Positions 44,400 through 45,062 of a stretch of 45,062 nt of DNA are shown here, in pieces. Source of the DNA: Flavobacteriales bacterium (GTDB lineage Bacteria; Bacteroidota; Bacteroidia; UBA10329); NCBI GenBank assembly GCA_049608805.1, contig JBMYXX010000002.1, forward strand, positions 1 to 45,062. The letters run 5' to 3'. Within the stretch, counting starts at the first letter, position 1. Each line of letters begins with the position of its first letter. Below the pieces are notes generated by a model that did not search any database, was not told the DNA's origin, and saw only the letters and a program-made list of their open reading frames with translations. The position numbers and the translations under genes were made by a program.

Positions 44400-45062
44400 A
44401 TGAAAGAAGTTTTTAGCAGCGTATTGTTCTGCTTATGTGTTACTGCATCAATGGCTCAAGCTCCCGTTTTTCAATGGGTAAAAGATATCGCCATTACAGG
44501 AGCCAACCTGTCGCAGTCAAGTTGTGAGTCGATGAAAGTTGATGCCCAAGGCAATGTCATTTCCGTGGGTTACTTCAAAGGCAACTCCGATTTTGACCCA
44601 GACCCCACCTTTGGGGTAAATGCCTATTTAAATGCTGATGGAGTTCAAGCAGGTTTCATTCTAAAATTAGATTCGGATGGTGATTTTCTTTGGGCACATA
44701 AAGTTGGTGCTGCGGGCGGAAATTGCAGAGTTAACGCTGTAGCCTTAGACAATTCTGGCAACATTTATTGTACAGGATTTTTTCAGTCAACCGTAGATTT
44801 TGACCCAGGAGTTGGCACCGCTGAACTAACACCTGTTGGTAGTGCAGATGCATTTGTTCTTAAGCTAAACGCAGACGGCACTTTTGGCTGGGTTAAGCAA
44901 ATTGGAGGTTCTGATGTTCAATTTGGTTGGAGCATTGCTGTTGCAACAACTGGCGACATTACTTTGGCGGGCAACTTCTTCGGCACGGCCGATTTTGACC
45001 CAAGCGCCAACGTATCGAACATGACTTCGCTGGGTTATGCAGATATTTTCATCAGCAAATTA
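44400..45062 (+). CDS. 5' part of a secreted beta-propeller (SBBP-repeat-like) protein, truncated by the window edge
   Basis: Not in the ORF track because there is no stop in the window. ATG at 44400, signal peptide MKEVFSSVLFCLCVTASMAQA, and recurring 'G...FDP......L...G..D.F..KL..DG.F.W' units (e.g. 'GSADAFVLKLNADGTFGWVKQIGG'). Confidence 0.65.
   Translation, partial: MKEVFSSVLFCLCVTASMAQAPVFQWVKDIAITGANLSQSSCESMKVDAQGNVISVGYFKGNSDFDPDPTFGVNAYLNADGVQAGFILKLDSDGDFLWAHKVGAAGGNCRVNAVALDNSGNIYCTGFFQSTVDFDPGVGTAELTPVGSADAFVLKLNADGTFGWVKQIGGSDVQFGWSIAVATTGDITLAGNFFGTADFDPSANVSNMTSLGYADIFISKL

Overview
This is a 45 kb chromosomal segment that looks like a Bacteroidota (Flavobacteriia-like) genome. 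The evidence is several proteins ending in type IX secretion (T9SS) sorting domains of both type A and type B, a PorP/SprF gene, SprB-type Cys-rich repeats, TAnnTTTG-type -7 promoter motifs and frequent ATGA start/stop overlaps. I can support about 40 protein genes and one tRNA-Ala(GGC). I see no rRNA, CRISPR array, transposase or integrase. Housekeeping genes (acs, polA, ferritin, class I photolyase) alternate with accessory blocks. The blocks most worth follow-up are listed here. (1) A SiaB/SiaC/SiaA-like Ser/Thr partner-switching module at 14.1-16.8 kb has a tandem-duplicated kinase and no diguanylate cyclase output. (2) A MerR/B12-binding regulator carries the CarH-type Wx9EH and ExHxxG motifs and sits directly upstream of an ECF sigma factor, a litR-litS-like arrangement. 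It is embedded in a roughly 11 kb candidate photoprotection cluster containing photolyase, two DUF1295 genes, a TIGR01777 reductase and an SRPBCC protein, bracketed by two DUF218 paralogues. (3) A DUF4397 repeat protein with a T9SS tail contains a 684-bp in-frame tandem duplication that explains its mosaic repeat pattern. (4) A TetR-ABC-HlyD-thioesterase-TolC operon has the thioesterase translationally coupled on both sides. (5) A GNAT-TPR-DinB-CotH operon ends in a secreted LTD-CotH protein. (6) A small tRNA-like hairpin that copies the first 12 nt of tRNA-Ala lies in that tRNA's leader. All functional calls come from reading motifs in the supplied translations. No database search was run, so family names are recognition-based and need HMM confirmation.
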